DNA from: Candidatus Aenigmatarchaeota archaeon | GTDB taxonomy: Archaea > Aenigmatarchaeota > Aenigmatarchaeia > QMZP01 | NCBI GenBank assembly: GCA_043824495.1 | Contig: JBDRSV010000004.1 | Coordinates: 1-30,241 of the forward strand | Reading direction: 5' to 3' | Length of the DNA stretch: 30,241 nucleotides | Shown here: in pieces, positions 16,658 through 26,036 of the stretch | How positions within the stretch are numbered: the stretch's first letter is position 1 | How the letters are laid out: every line of letters begins with the position of its first letter | The notes under the pieces: model-generated | Seen by the model: only the letters and a program-made list of their open reading frames with translations | Database searches by the model: none | What the model was told of the DNA's origin: nothing | Position numbers and translations under genes: made by a program

Positions 16658-16987
16658 ATGAATCAATCACTCACTAAGCAAAAGTGCAAGCCATGCGAAA
16701 GCATGTGTTCTCAATTGTCTTCGGAAGAAGAAAACAAATTAATAAAACAAGTTCCATCCTGGAAACTGGGAATGAAGCACGTGAATAAGATAATAAAAGA
16801 ATATGAGTTCAAGGATTTCAAAGAAGCCATGGCGTTCTTGAATAAGGTAGCTGTACTAGCAGAAGAAGGACATCACCCTGATATTTTCATTTCTTATAAT
16901 TTTGTAAGCATAGAGCTTTACACTCATTCAATTCAAGGTTTATCTCAGAATGATTTCATTCTAGCAGCTAAGATAGATAAATTATAA
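16658..16987 (+). CDS. phhB: Pterin-4a-carbinolamine dehydratase
   Basis: KCKPCE, FKDFKEAMAFLNKVAVLAEEGHHPDI and THSIQGLSQNDFILAAKID. In-frame ATG 16658 is preferred over the track's start at 16580. Confidence 0.9.
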   Translation: MNQSLTKQKCKPCESMCSQLSSEEENKLIKQVPSWKLGMKHVNKIIKEYEFKDFKEAMAFLNKVAVLAEEGHHPDIFISYNFVSIELYTHSIQGLSQNDFILAAKIDKL

Positions 16988-17911
16988 GTTTATTCGAGCT
17001 TGACGTATCTGTTCTATTATGTATTTATGTATCTCAGGATTTGCTGCAAATACTACATTAGGATGTGGACTTCTACCTCTAAATTGATATGCATCCAGTA
17101 AATTTCCACCATAATCTGAAGTTATACCACCTTTACCATTAGGTCCTGCAGCTTCAAATATTATTCTAGGGCCAATTGTGTTTTCTATTTTAGCGTTCAT
17201 TGCTACTGCACCTGCATATCCAGGTTCAATACCTTCTGGGTTCACTGAAGCCATAGCCTCTAAACCAAATCCGTATAATCTTCCACTATCTTTGAATCCC
17301 AATCTTAAAGGAAGGAATAATTTTTCACATAACTCTCTATCTTCTGCTGTATATGAATCAAGTATTATTCTTAGTTGTGCAGGATCTGTTATAGCTGTTG
17401 TTACTAATTTTTGGATAGTATTGCTCCTTCTATCCTGTTTGAAGGATTGCTCTCCTACTCTTCCCATCCATGTTCTTTCTCTCATAGTCTCTATTTCTGA
17501 GACAATGCCTGCATAGAAATCTCTGAATGTTAAATCACTTACATCCTTGTCTGTTGGTTGAGTATATGCCTGAAGAGTAGAAAAGAAAGGAATGCCTGTA
17601 ACAGCATTCCATGATGCGTCTATAGGATCAAGAGAACCATATACTCTTATACCACCACTAGGGTACCCTAATTGTATGTCTTCACTAGGCTCTTCTTCAT
17701 CAAACAGTATGATTTTAATTCCATGAACTTTGCCAATTGTGTCAAGTCTGCTGTGTGCAGCATCTGAGGCAACTTTATCTATTCTTTTTGTTTGGTCACC
17801 TCCTCTATCATTAACTAGCTGTCCTCTTTCATCTACAGGAAGGTTAGCTACTGCTTTTCGCACGTCATGTGCAACTTCTAAACCCACTTCAGTTAAATCT
17901 AATTTAGGCAT
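16982..17911 (-). CDS. Divergent inositol monophosphatase/FBPase (FIG superfamily) protein
   Basis: GDQTKRIDKVAS, FDEEE, LDPIDASWNAVTGIPFFS and IFEAAG...GITSDYGG. Confidence 0.75.
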   Translation of the reverse strand: MPKLDLTEVGLEVAHDVRKAVANLPVDERGQLVNDRGGDQTKRIDKVASDAAHSRLDTIGKVHGIKIILFDEEEPSEDIQLGYPSGGIRVYGSLDPIDASWNAVTGIPFFSTLQAYTQPTDKDVSDLTFRDFYAGIVSEIETMRERTWMGRVGEQSFKQDRRSNTIQKLVTTAITDPAQLRIILDSYTAEDRELCEKLFLPLRLGFKDSGRLYGFGLEAMASVNPEGIEPGYAGAVAMNAKIENTIGPRIIFEAAGPNGKGGITSDYGGNLLDAYQFRGRSPHPNVVFAANPEIHKYIIEQIRQARINL

Positions 17912-17990
17912 AGTTTTATCCTAATAATTTAGATTTTTAAATCTATTCCCATCTCTAAGAAGAGAAATTAAAAGGGTCCGAATTTGGGAC

Positions 17991-20618
17991 TCACTTTTTC
18001 AAAAGGAGTGCGAATCTTACAATTAAGATTACGATTATTATTATTGTGATTATTGCAACTACTGCTGTCTTCCAGAATGGTCTGTCATCATCACCAATTA
18101 CCAAACCTGCTAAGTTCTTGTCTTCGTCAAGTGTGATGTTTCCAATGTAGATTGAACCTGAGTCATTGATTACAAGAGTGTCTTTTGGTTCTTCTGTTGG
18201 GATTAAAACAGTGTCAATTGCATGTATTATTCCGTTGTTTGCTACAAGATCTGTTTCTATAATCTTTGCTTCATTGTTTATCATGACATCATCAGTTGCA
18301 TCAATGTGCAAATCTGTTCCTTGTAATGTTCTTGCAGTTTCGATATCAACTATCTCTGCTCCTGTTACATCAACTGGAACAATATGATATTTTAAGATCT
18401 TTGCTAGCTCTTCTGGGTTTTCTAATAGATCATCAAGTAATCCTTCTGGTAGATTCTTAAATGCTTCATCAGTTGGTGCGAATAATGTGAAAGGACCTTT
18501 TCCTTCCAATGTTTCAAACAAATCTGCAGCTTTTAATGCTTCTACCAATATGTTTAGGTTGTCAGCTTCTATCGCAGTATCAATGATGTTCTTTCCTTCT
18601 TCCATTACTGGCTCATCAGGTTCAACTGGTGTCACTGGTTCTTCTGGTTCCACAGGTGTTTCGGTGTCTACTGGATCTGTGTCAGATAAAACATTTACTA
18701 ATACTGTTAGATCAACTTCAGATCTTTCGGATTTTGCTACTATTTTTATTTCATATTCACCTGAAGCTGTGCCAAAAGGTGGTAGTACGTAAAGATAAAC
18801 ATTCTCATTTTCTCCTGGTTCTAGCTCTAGTGTAATTGGTCTCAAGTATGACCATTCAGGTCCATCTCTTGTTATTTGGTATGAAGTCTTTGCTTCTCCT
18901 GTGTTTTCTATCTTTATTGGGATTGTTGCCCCTCTTTGTTCTCTGACTGATACAGCTCCGTCATCTGTTCTCTCAATTGTTGAAGAGAAACAATTTGTTA
19001 ATGCTTTTACTGTGATATCTACTGTGTCTGTTTTTGTTACGAAGTCAGATTTCAATTCAGCCGTTTCTGTGAAAGCACCAGAGTCTTCTGAATATAATGG
19101 AAGAACAAATGTTCTTTCTTGTCCTGCAGTCAAAGTAACTGATTCAGTTATTTCTCCCAAAGTTAACACGTAATTATCAGTTAGTTTACCTGTGTTCTTC
19201 ACCATTATTGTTAAATCAGATTCGAAGAACGGGCAAACTGTTTTTTCATTTTCTACAATGTTTACTGTAGCTTCATAGCAGTTATCTACAGTTAATAATG
19301 CGCTCATTTGATCTGAGACTTCATTACCTTCAGATTTTGCTTTTATTCCAACTGTGATATCTCCGCTAAGTTCATTTGTGTCTATCATAAGTTTTGTTGT
19401 TTGTGTGCTTCCTGAAGTAAGTGAAAATGATGTTTTTTCAAGTGTACCAATAGATGATGTTAATTCAAATGTGTCTTTGACTGCACCAATGTTTCTTAGA
19501 CTAACTGTGTATTCTACTTCTTCTCCTCCACAAACTGTTTGTTCTTCAGGGAAGATGAATACAACTACACCTCTGCATTCTTCAGCTTCTACACTACTTG
19601 AAACTGTTGTTTCGCTCTTTGTGGATGTAACTGTTATATCAAAATCAATATCACCAACTTGTGGTGGTGTTACTTTGAATTTTATTCTTTTTGTTTCGCT
19701 CTTTGTTAAAGAAACTTCTGTCTGATCAAAAGCTAACATGCTTGGTCCCGAAATGTCAAAGGCATCAGATTCTATTCCTGTGTTTTCAATTACAAGTGTG
19801 TATTCTATGGATTCTCCATGGCATACACTCTTTACAGGAGCTTCTATTTTAGCGTCAACTCCATAGCATGATTTTATGTTTAGATTGACCTTTTTACTTA
19901 CTTCTGAATATGAACTCTGAGATGATGCTGTAACTGTTATTTCTTGATTTCCTAGCAATCCCTCAGGTGGATTTGCTACCAAATCGAATGTTTTTGAACT
20001 GCCAGAACTTACTGTTAGTGTGTCTACTGACAAAGCTGCCCAAGAACTTGATGAAGATAAACTGAATGTTTCAGGGTATTTACCATTGTTCTCTAATGTG
20101 AATGTGTATTTTTCTTGTATAGTATCTTCTTTGCAAACTTCTCTTGAAGCATCTGTTACACTTAGATCGGCTGCATGGCAATTAAGAATCTCTATATAAA
20201 CACTCTTTTTCTGAATGTCTGAAGGATTATTTGAGGATTTTGCGTTTATGTCAACCTTGTATATTCCAGGCTCTGTTGTAGGAGGTATGTAGCTAATAAG
20301 GAAAGGGTTTACTTCTGTTTTTTCCCCAGGCATTAATGAGAATCCTGATCTTATAGGACCTAGTTCCCATCCAGCTGGAAGATCAACACTAACTGTGTAT
20401 GTATCAGTTACTGAACCAGTGTTCTTAACTGTAATTAGCAAATCTTGTGGAGTTAAAGGTTTAGGACAAATGGATAAAGGGTTTGATTGAGTTGCAATAA
20501 TGTTATCATTATTATCAGTTACACTCACGGAATGAACTGCGAGAACACCTGTTGAAAGTGTACCTAATATGAGTATTAAAGTTGTTATAAAAAACAATTG
20601 GTTTTGTACATTTTTCAT
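17991..20618 (-). CDS. Membrane-anchored surface protein: about six Ig-like (NEW3/CARDB-like) repeats, fasciclin (FAS1) domain, C-terminal TM
   Basis: Signal peptide; repeated xNxGxxxDT(Y/F)xL units flanked by Cys; FAS1 motifs GPFTLFAPTDEAF, LKYHIV and NGIIHAIDTVL; C-terminal hydrophobic helix plus KK. Confidence 0.85.
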   Translation of the reverse strand: MKNVQNQLFFITTLILILGTLSTGVLAVHSVSVTDNNDNIIATQSNPLSICPKPLTPQDLLITVKNTGSVTDTYTVSVDLPAGWELGPIRSGFSLMPGEKTEVNPFLISYIPPTTEPGIYKVDINAKSSNNPSDIQKKSVYIEILNCHAADLSVTDASREVCKEDTIQEKYTFTLENNGKYPETFSLSSSSSWAALSVDTLTVSSGSSKTFDLVANPPEGLLGNQEITVTASSQSSYSEVSKKVNLNIKSCYGVDAKIEAPVKSVCHGESIEYTLVIENTGIESDAFDISGPSMLAFDQTEVSLTKSETKRIKFKVTPPQVGDIDFDITVTSTKSETTVSSSVEAEECRGVVVFIFPEEQTVCGGEEVEYTVSLRNIGAVKDTFELTSSIGTLEKTSFSLTSGSTQTTKLMIDTNELSGDITVGIKAKSEGNEVSDQMSALLTVDNCYEATVNIVENEKTVCPFFESDLTIMVKNTGKLTDNYVLTLGEITESVTLTAGQERTFVLPLYSEDSGAFTETAELKSDFVTKTDTVDITVKALTNCFSSTIERTDDGAVSVREQRGATIPIKIENTGEAKTSYQITRDGPEWSYLRPITLELEPGENENVYLYVLPPFGTASGEYEIKIVAKSERSEVDLTVLVNVLSDTDPVDTETPVEPEEPVTPVEPDEPVMEEGKNIIDTAIEADNLNILVEALKAADLFETLEGKGPFTLFAPTDEAFKNLPEGLLDDLLENPEELAKILKYHIVPVDVTGAEIVDIETARTLQGTDLHIDATDDVMINNEAKIIETDLVANNGIIHAIDTVLIPTEEPKDTLVINDSGSIYIGNITLDEDKNLAGLVIGDDDRPFWKTAVVAIITIIIIVILIVRFALLLKK

Positions 20619-20694
20619 ACTTCTTTATAGAGAACAATTTTTTTAAACCTATCTGCGATAGCTTTTTAAAAGTTCTCTTACCCCTTCGATTGTT

Positions 20695-21306
20695 TCACTT
20701 GAAATTTCGAAGCAAAAACCATATGAAGAAGCCCGTAAGTAGGAGTAAAGATGCCACATACATGACAGTTGAGGAAGATCCTAAGTTTTGGAACAAATAA
20801 ACTGAAACTGTAATGACTAATATTATAGAACTTATGACATTTATTGTCATTTTTGGGTCCACTGGGAATTTTTTGAAGTTCACAAGTCTTATTAAAATCG
20901 ATTTACTTAGCTTGTGAAACATTTTAGACAATGCTATCATAGCAACTCCTATGAATAATAGCAAATAACCTGAGAACATTTCAAAATAGTTCATGGATCC
21001 CATTTCCACGTAAGGTGCGAATGCAAAGTCTAGTACTACAAGACCTAACGCTATGAATATAGCTCCTGCTATCATTGTAATGAACCTAGTAGCTTCTATC
21101 GCAGGTTTTATACTACCAGAACTCTTTTTTGAGAGAAGAGTTTCCGCTATTGCCACTATGATACAGGCAATCCCATAGTATATAATAGTATAGAGGATTA
21201 TGAATTCTGGGTTGAAGAAAGGGAAAATAGAATTTGTTATCAATATAGAAGCAACAAGAAAGGCTTTGCTTTCTGTTAGCTTAAAGAAATTCCAAATAGA
21301 ACTCAT
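20695..21306 (-). CDS. Multi-pass membrane protein of unknown function
   Basis: About six hydrophobic segments in a 203-aa ORF. Confidence 0.75.
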   Translation of the reverse strand: MSSIWNFFKLTESKAFLVASILITNSIFPFFNPEFIILYTIIYYGIACIIVAIAETLLSKKSSGSIKPAIEATRFITMIAGAIFIALGLVVLDFAFAPYVEMGSMNYFEMFSGYLLLFIGVAMIALSKMFHKLSKSILIRLVNFKKFPVDPKMTINVISSIILVITVSVYLFQNLGSSSTVMYVASLLLLTGFFIWFLLRNFK

Positions 21307-21342
21307 AATATATTATTTGCTCTTCATTAGTTAAAAACTGTA

Positions 21343-23124
21343 TTACTGTTTCATTCTGATAGAAGCAAATGCTATTATGATTATAATTATTCCAATAGCA
21401 AATGGGATAAAAATGAATGGACTTAATACGCTTCTAATACTGTCTTTGCTCACTACATCTCCTGTGAAGCTTAACCCTTCATCTGTTGATTCTTCTACGT
21501 TTTCCTGGTTATCTTCGGGTTCTGGTGCAGGAGCAGAAGCTACGAAAAGATCAATCTCTTTCTTGAATAACTTGTTTTGTTCTTCTGCTTTTACGCTTAT
21601 ATCAAATGTGTAAGTTCCACCATCTTGTGGATATATGTAAATATATGAAGTTTCTTCACTGTATGCATTTACATTAATAGTATCATCAAATGTTACCCAA
21701 CCTTCTGGAGCACCTGAGATTTCAATTGTGAAATCTTGATCCTGTGTGCTGTACATTTTTACTGAAACAATTTTTGCTCTGTTAATCTTTGTGTCTAAAT
21801 CTGTAGGACTGATTGTTACACTTGTTGATTTTGCTGGTTCTGCTGTAAAACAATCATTTGGACATGTACTTGCTGATTCAAATGATTCACAAACATTGTT
21901 GTTGTTACAAGTTGTTGGTTTACTCTTGTCTTTGTATACAACTGTTGCTGATTCTGAATCTACATCACCACAGTTTGCTGTTGCTATGAATAGAATATCA
22001 TGTTCTCCTGTAGTTGAAATGAACTTAAGCTCTTTTGTCTTGACATCTCCAGTACTTACGTAGAAAGAATCTTTTTCCTTGCTTACACCATCTACAAATA
22101 TTTCTAGTTTCACATATTCTAGCATATTACCCTCATTTAGTATGCTTGCTGTGACAGATGCTTTATCTCCTGATTCTAGATTTGTTGTGTAATCAAAAGA
22201 TGAAATTTCTATCTCACATGTTCTCTTTGTGTAGTATGGGTAGTCATATATGTGATAATAAGGATCATAATCATTGTAATTACCATAGTAATCATCATAA
22301 TAATAACCTGTACATCTTCCGCTAGAACAACCAAATTCACAGTCTGTGTATAGATCATCTCTGTGTCCACAAGAATCATATGTCCATACATCTCCATTGT
22401 AACAAGTTTTGTATGCATCTTGAGTGCATATGTAACTATCTTCTACACACTTCCCACCAAAACAACCGTCTTCACAGTTTTGATATCTTACTTCTCTGTG
22501 GTTGTTTGAATCATACCACCATAAATCACCTACATAGCATTGGATGTATCTGTTTGTGTCATAGTCGTAATCAGGATAATAATCATTGTAATAATTATCA
22601 TAGTTGCATCTATTGTTACTGCAACCGTCGTCACAATATTGTACATTTACCCATCTTGAATCGCAGCTAGAGTCTTGATATTTTTGTTGTAAATATTGTC
22701 CTGAACATCTATAATCTCCTGTGTAGTGTGAGCTGCAATAATTATAATTGTCTGACTCGTATGTAATTGTTTTTGAATCAAAAGAAGTTCCATAAGGATA
22801 ATAACCATATTCAGTGCATCTTGATCTTGCTTCAACTCTAACTTCATATCTGCCGTTTCCGAAGTTGTAATCTCTGTCTACGTGATAGCTCTCACCAGAT
22901 CCTAAACTGATTATATTTGAAACAATGAATCTGTTGCCTACATATATAGCATAAGTAATATCAGAATCATGATCACCTGTGTTTTGGATTGTAGCATCTA
23001 TTCTCTCATCTCCGTTTACTTGGACATTATTAACAGAAACATCACAACTAGCTGCATCAGCTAGAGGTATATTTACAAATAACAAGATGAATATTGCTGC
23101 TAATAGCCAAATTTGCTTGTTCAT
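21343..23124 (-). CDS. Membrane-anchored surface protein with CARDB-like domains and Cys/Tyr/Asp-rich repeats
   Basis: Signal peptide ending ADA; Ig-like xNxG segments; three CxxGCxxxxC-ending repeats; CNNNNVCESFESASTCPNDC; C-terminal TM. Confidence 0.8.
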   Translation of the reverse strand: MNKQIWLLAAIFILLFVNIPLADAASCDVSVNNVQVNGDERIDATIQNTGDHDSDITYAIYVGNRFIVSNIISLGSGESYHVDRDYNFGNGRYEVRVEARSRCTEYGYYPYGTSFDSKTITYESDNYNYCSSHYTGDYRCSGQYLQQKYQDSSCDSRWVNVQYCDDGCSNNRCNYDNYYNDYYPDYDYDTNRYIQCYVGDLWWYDSNNHREVRYQNCEDGCFGGKCVEDSYICTQDAYKTCYNGDVWTYDSCGHRDDLYTDCEFGCSSGRCTGYYYDDYYGNYNDYDPYYHIYDYPYYTKRTCEIEISSFDYTTNLESGDKASVTASILNEGNMLEYVKLEIFVDGVSKEKDSFYVSTGDVKTKELKFISTTGEHDILFIATANCGDVDSESATVVYKDKSKPTTCNNNNVCESFESASTCPNDCFTAEPAKSTSVTISPTDLDTKINRAKIVSVKMYSTQDQDFTIEISGAPEGWVTFDDTINVNAYSEETSYIYIYPQDGGTYTFDISVKAEEQNKLFKKEIDLFVASAPAPEPEDNQENVEESTDEGLSFTGDVVSKDSIRSVLSPFIFIPFAIGIIIIIIAFASIRMKQ

Positions 23125-23215
23125 GCACTACTATTAAATGATAACTATTTAAAGATTTCGGTCTTCCGAGCTCAAATTATCACGTTTATTTATCTTTTAA
23201 TAGGTAAAAATAAAT

Positions 23216-23395
23216 ATGGCTGAAGATAATCTCGATACTGGATATAAGTGTTTAGGACTGACACCAGACGATGTGACAAGAATACACTTTGAGCTTATGG
23301 TTGCTCTTCCTGGTTTATACAGACAACTAGAAGCTGTAGGTGAGCGACTTGATAATTACGGTAGAAGAACAATGATGCTTGAGTTTACGGTTTAG
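23216..23395 (+). CDS. Hypothetical 59-aa protein (not in ORF track)
   Basis: MAEDNLDTGYKCLGLTPDDVTRIHFELMVALPGLYRQLEAVGERLDNYGRRTMMLEFTV*; an AT-rich TATA-like segment lies upstream; overlaps the convergent gene by 11 bp. Confidence 0.55.
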   Translation: MAEDNLDTGYKCLGLTPDDVTRIHFELMVALPGLYRQLEAVGERLDNYGRRTMMLEFTV

Positions 23396-25694
23396 GTTCT
23401 TCAGAGAGTTTATCTAGGAGTAATCTTCTCTCTATTCGTGCTATAGAGGCTCTAGTTTCTTCAAAGTTATCAGTTTCTGTTGATATAGATTTTATACCTG
23501 CTCGTATCAAACTTTCGAGTAGTTCAATATCAAAAGAACTTGAGGTGACAGATACTTTTCTCTCGTATTTTTTGCATGTTTCTGCAACCTTTTTTACTAA
23601 ACTTAAGACAGCTGGATCTGATTCTGAATATAATTTAGATATTCTTGGGTTTTCTGAATCCACTCCTAGTGTTAGTTGAGTAAGCATTCCTAGATTGATT
23701 GAGACAAAATCTATTCCCTCTTTACAGAATTCCTCTATATTCATAGCAGCTGCTGGTGTGTCTATTGATATTCCTAATTTGATAGGGAATGTGATCATTT
23801 CCTTTACTTTTCTAATCTCATATACATTGGTTACGAATGGTAGTAATAATGAGACGTTTGTAAGACCCTGGGAATGCAATCTTCTGAGTGCTTCTATTTC
23901 AGATCTAAGTAACTCTATCTGATCCACACTTCTTCTTATTCCATGACACCCTATTATTGGGTTTTGTTCTCTTACACCATCTGTATCATCAAATTCATCT
24001 GTTCTAGAATCTAGGCTTCTGTATACAACAGGCTTTGAGTTTCTTGCTATGGTTCCTATAGAACTTGTAAGTAGATTTACAATCTCCTCTGGGCTTGATG
24101 TGGATAATGAGAATGGTCTTCTCCCATATGATGTTAGAATATGTTCTGATCTGAATAGACCCACACCATCAGAATTCTTAAGAATGTCTTGGTTCACCTC
24201 AGATGTGATCAAATTAAGAGTTAATTCAGTTCCTGTTATTTCATATTCTTGTGGTACATGTGGTTCTGTTTTCCATTCAGTTGTCCATGATTCTGTTCTT
24301 TCAGGTTCTTCTGATTTATGGTATATATTACCACTTAGAGCATCAATTGTGATTTCTTGAAAATCTGTTAATTTCTCAGACGCATCTTCTGTTGATATTA
24401 TACATGGAATACTGAATTCTCTTGACATGAGAGACAAGTAACCAGTGAAACTGTTATGGTCTGTTACTATACCAGCTGCTTTCTCTAAAGCAGGGAACAT
24501 TTCAGGTGTGAAATTCTTTGTAACCATTATGTCTCCATGTTCTATCTTGCTCATATCAATTGCGTCATTTACTAGCTTCACTTTACCTTTTACAGTTCCT
24601 GGAGATACGCCAACACCTGTCATTATGTGCTTGCCGTCTATGATTTCTGTTTGTTCAGAAGCTTCCATGGATTTAATTGGTCTGGATTGAATTATGAAAA
24701 CTCTGTTTCTTTCTTCACACCATTCAACATCCTGAGCTTGATAATTATAACTTAGTTCTATTCTTTTCCCAATATCACAGAGTTTCTTAATTTCATTATC
24801 ATCAAGAATTTCCATATCAACTTTACTTAAAGGAACCTTTTCTTGTACTATGTTTCCTGACATTGGATCTTTCAATCTCATCCACATCTTTTTGCTGATT
24901 TTTTTCTCAATAATTTCGCCGTTCTCCTTTCCAATAATATAATTATCTGGGATCACGATTCCATAGAAAACAGAATCTCCCATTCCCCAGGAACCATCAA
25001 TTATGATCTTTGATTTGTCATTTCTTACAGGATCTGAAGTAAACATAATACCTGATTTCTCTGAATTTATCATCTTCTGAATTATTACTCCCATGAGAGG
25101 GATACCCTCTATCCTCTTTGCTTTTCTATATAGCATTGCTTTTGCACTGAAAAGAGAAGCCCAAGAATCCTTTATTGCTCTCTCTATTTGTTCGTTTCCA
25201 GAGACATTTAGAGAATAAGACAACTGACCTGCAAAACTAGCTTCTTTTGGATTATCTGTAATAGGAGACGATCTAACTACAACAGCTTCGTGTCCTCTGC
25301 CTGCTCTTATCATGTCTAAAGCTATTTTGCCTATTTCTGCTGCTTGTTTTCCAATAGATAGCTCTTCATATTCTTTCTTAATCTCTTGTAGTATGTAGTC
25401 GGGTATATTGGATGTTTTGATTAGAGCTTCTATTTTACCAGATTCATTGTATACTGATTCCTTGTCTTCGTAGTTTATTCCAGCTATTATACTTCTTATC
25501 TGATCATCTATTTTGTTTGCTTTCAAGAATTTATCTAAAGCTTCTCCAGTGATAACAAAACCAGCTGGTACCGGAAGACCAGATTTTATTAGATTGGTTA
25601 GAGAGGAGGCCTTTATACCTACATTCTTTGTATCCTCTGCAGAATCAAGTTTTAGTACGTACATTGAATCACTTGTTTTATTTAATAGATTCAA
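23385..25694 (-). CDS. ppsA: PEP synthase (PpsA)-like protein with degenerate catalytic motifs
   Basis: LPVPAGFVIT, VRSS, SFAGQ, QKMI..SGIMFT, WGMGD, QDVEW..IIQSRPI, G.SPG.VKGKV, GVGLFRSE and VVYRSLD show the full three-domain layout. The TSH, GTND and ICG motifs are absent. Confidence 0.85.
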   Translation of the reverse strand: MNLLNKTSDSMYVLKLDSAEDTKNVGIKASSLTNLIKSGLPVPAGFVITGEALDKFLKANKIDDQIRSIIAGINYEDKESVYNESGKIEALIKTSNIPDYILQEIKKEYEELSIGKQAAEIGKIALDMIRAGRGHEAVVVRSSPITDNPKEASFAGQLSYSLNVSGNEQIERAIKDSWASLFSAKAMLYRKAKRIEGIPLMGVIIQKMINSEKSGIMFTSDPVRNDKSKIIIDGSWGMGDSVFYGIVIPDNYIIGKENGEIIEKKISKKMWMRLKDPMSGNIVQEKVPLSKVDMEILDDNEIKKLCDIGKRIELSYNYQAQDVEWCEERNRVFIIQSRPIKSMEASEQTEIIDGKHIMTGVGVSPGTVKGKVKLVNDAIDMSKIEHGDIMVTKNFTPEMFPALEKAAGIVTDHNSFTGYLSLMSREFSIPCIISTEDASEKLTDFQEITIDALSGNIYHKSEEPERTESWTTEWKTEPHVPQEYEITGTELTLNLITSEVNQDILKNSDGVGLFRSEHILTSYGRRPFSLSTSSPEEIVNLLTSSIGTIARNSKPVVYRSLDSRTDEFDDTDGVREQNPIIGCHGIRRSVDQIELLRSEIEALRRLHSQGLTNVSLLLPFVTNVYEIRKVKEMITFPIKLGISIDTPAAAMNIEEFCKEGIDFVSINLGMLTQLTLGVDSENPRISKLYSESDPAVLSLVKKVAETCKKYERKVSVTSSSFDIELLESLIRAGIKSISTETDNFEETRASIARIERRLLLDKLSEEPKP

Positions 25695-25711
25695 ATTTTA
25701 TATTAATTCAT

Positions 25712-26035
25712 ATGAAAATTGGTAAAGATAACAAAAAAGAGAAGAAACCAGTTAATTCGACAGATCAGGAATTAAGAGAACAAACAGAAAAATGGTTAAC
25801 CAAGCTAGAAGAAGAAGTTCAGTACATGCAATTCACTGAAAAAATTGAAAAAAGAGTGATACAAGAAGCTACCGATAATATACATTCTTACATAAGTGAC
25901 TCTAAATACTTCAGAGATAAGGGTGATATGGTTCGCGCTTTTGAAGCGGTGATGTATGCATGGGGTATTTACGAAACATGTTTGAGAGCTGGTTTAGTTG
26001 TGAAAGGGCAAAAACTACCTGAGAAAAAAAAGTAA
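25712..26035 (+). CDS. DUF357 domain protein
   Basis: SYISDSKYFRDKGDMVRAFEAVMYAWGIYE pattern. ATG 25712 is preferred because the track's start at 25628 overlaps ppsA. Confidence 0.8.
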   Translation: MKIGKDNKKEKKPVNSTDQELREQTEKWLTKLEEEVQYMQFTEKIEKRVIQEATDNIHSYISDSKYFRDKGDMVRAFEAVMYAWGIYETCLRAGLVVKGQKLPEKKK

Positions 26036-26036
26036 G

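Noticed and set aside
16850-16885. PCD motif AEEGHHP appears one residue shorter than the usual AExxxHHP
   Set aside because: The catalytic HHP and TH are intact; a single-codon indel in a GAA run may be natural variation or an error and cannot be assessed here.
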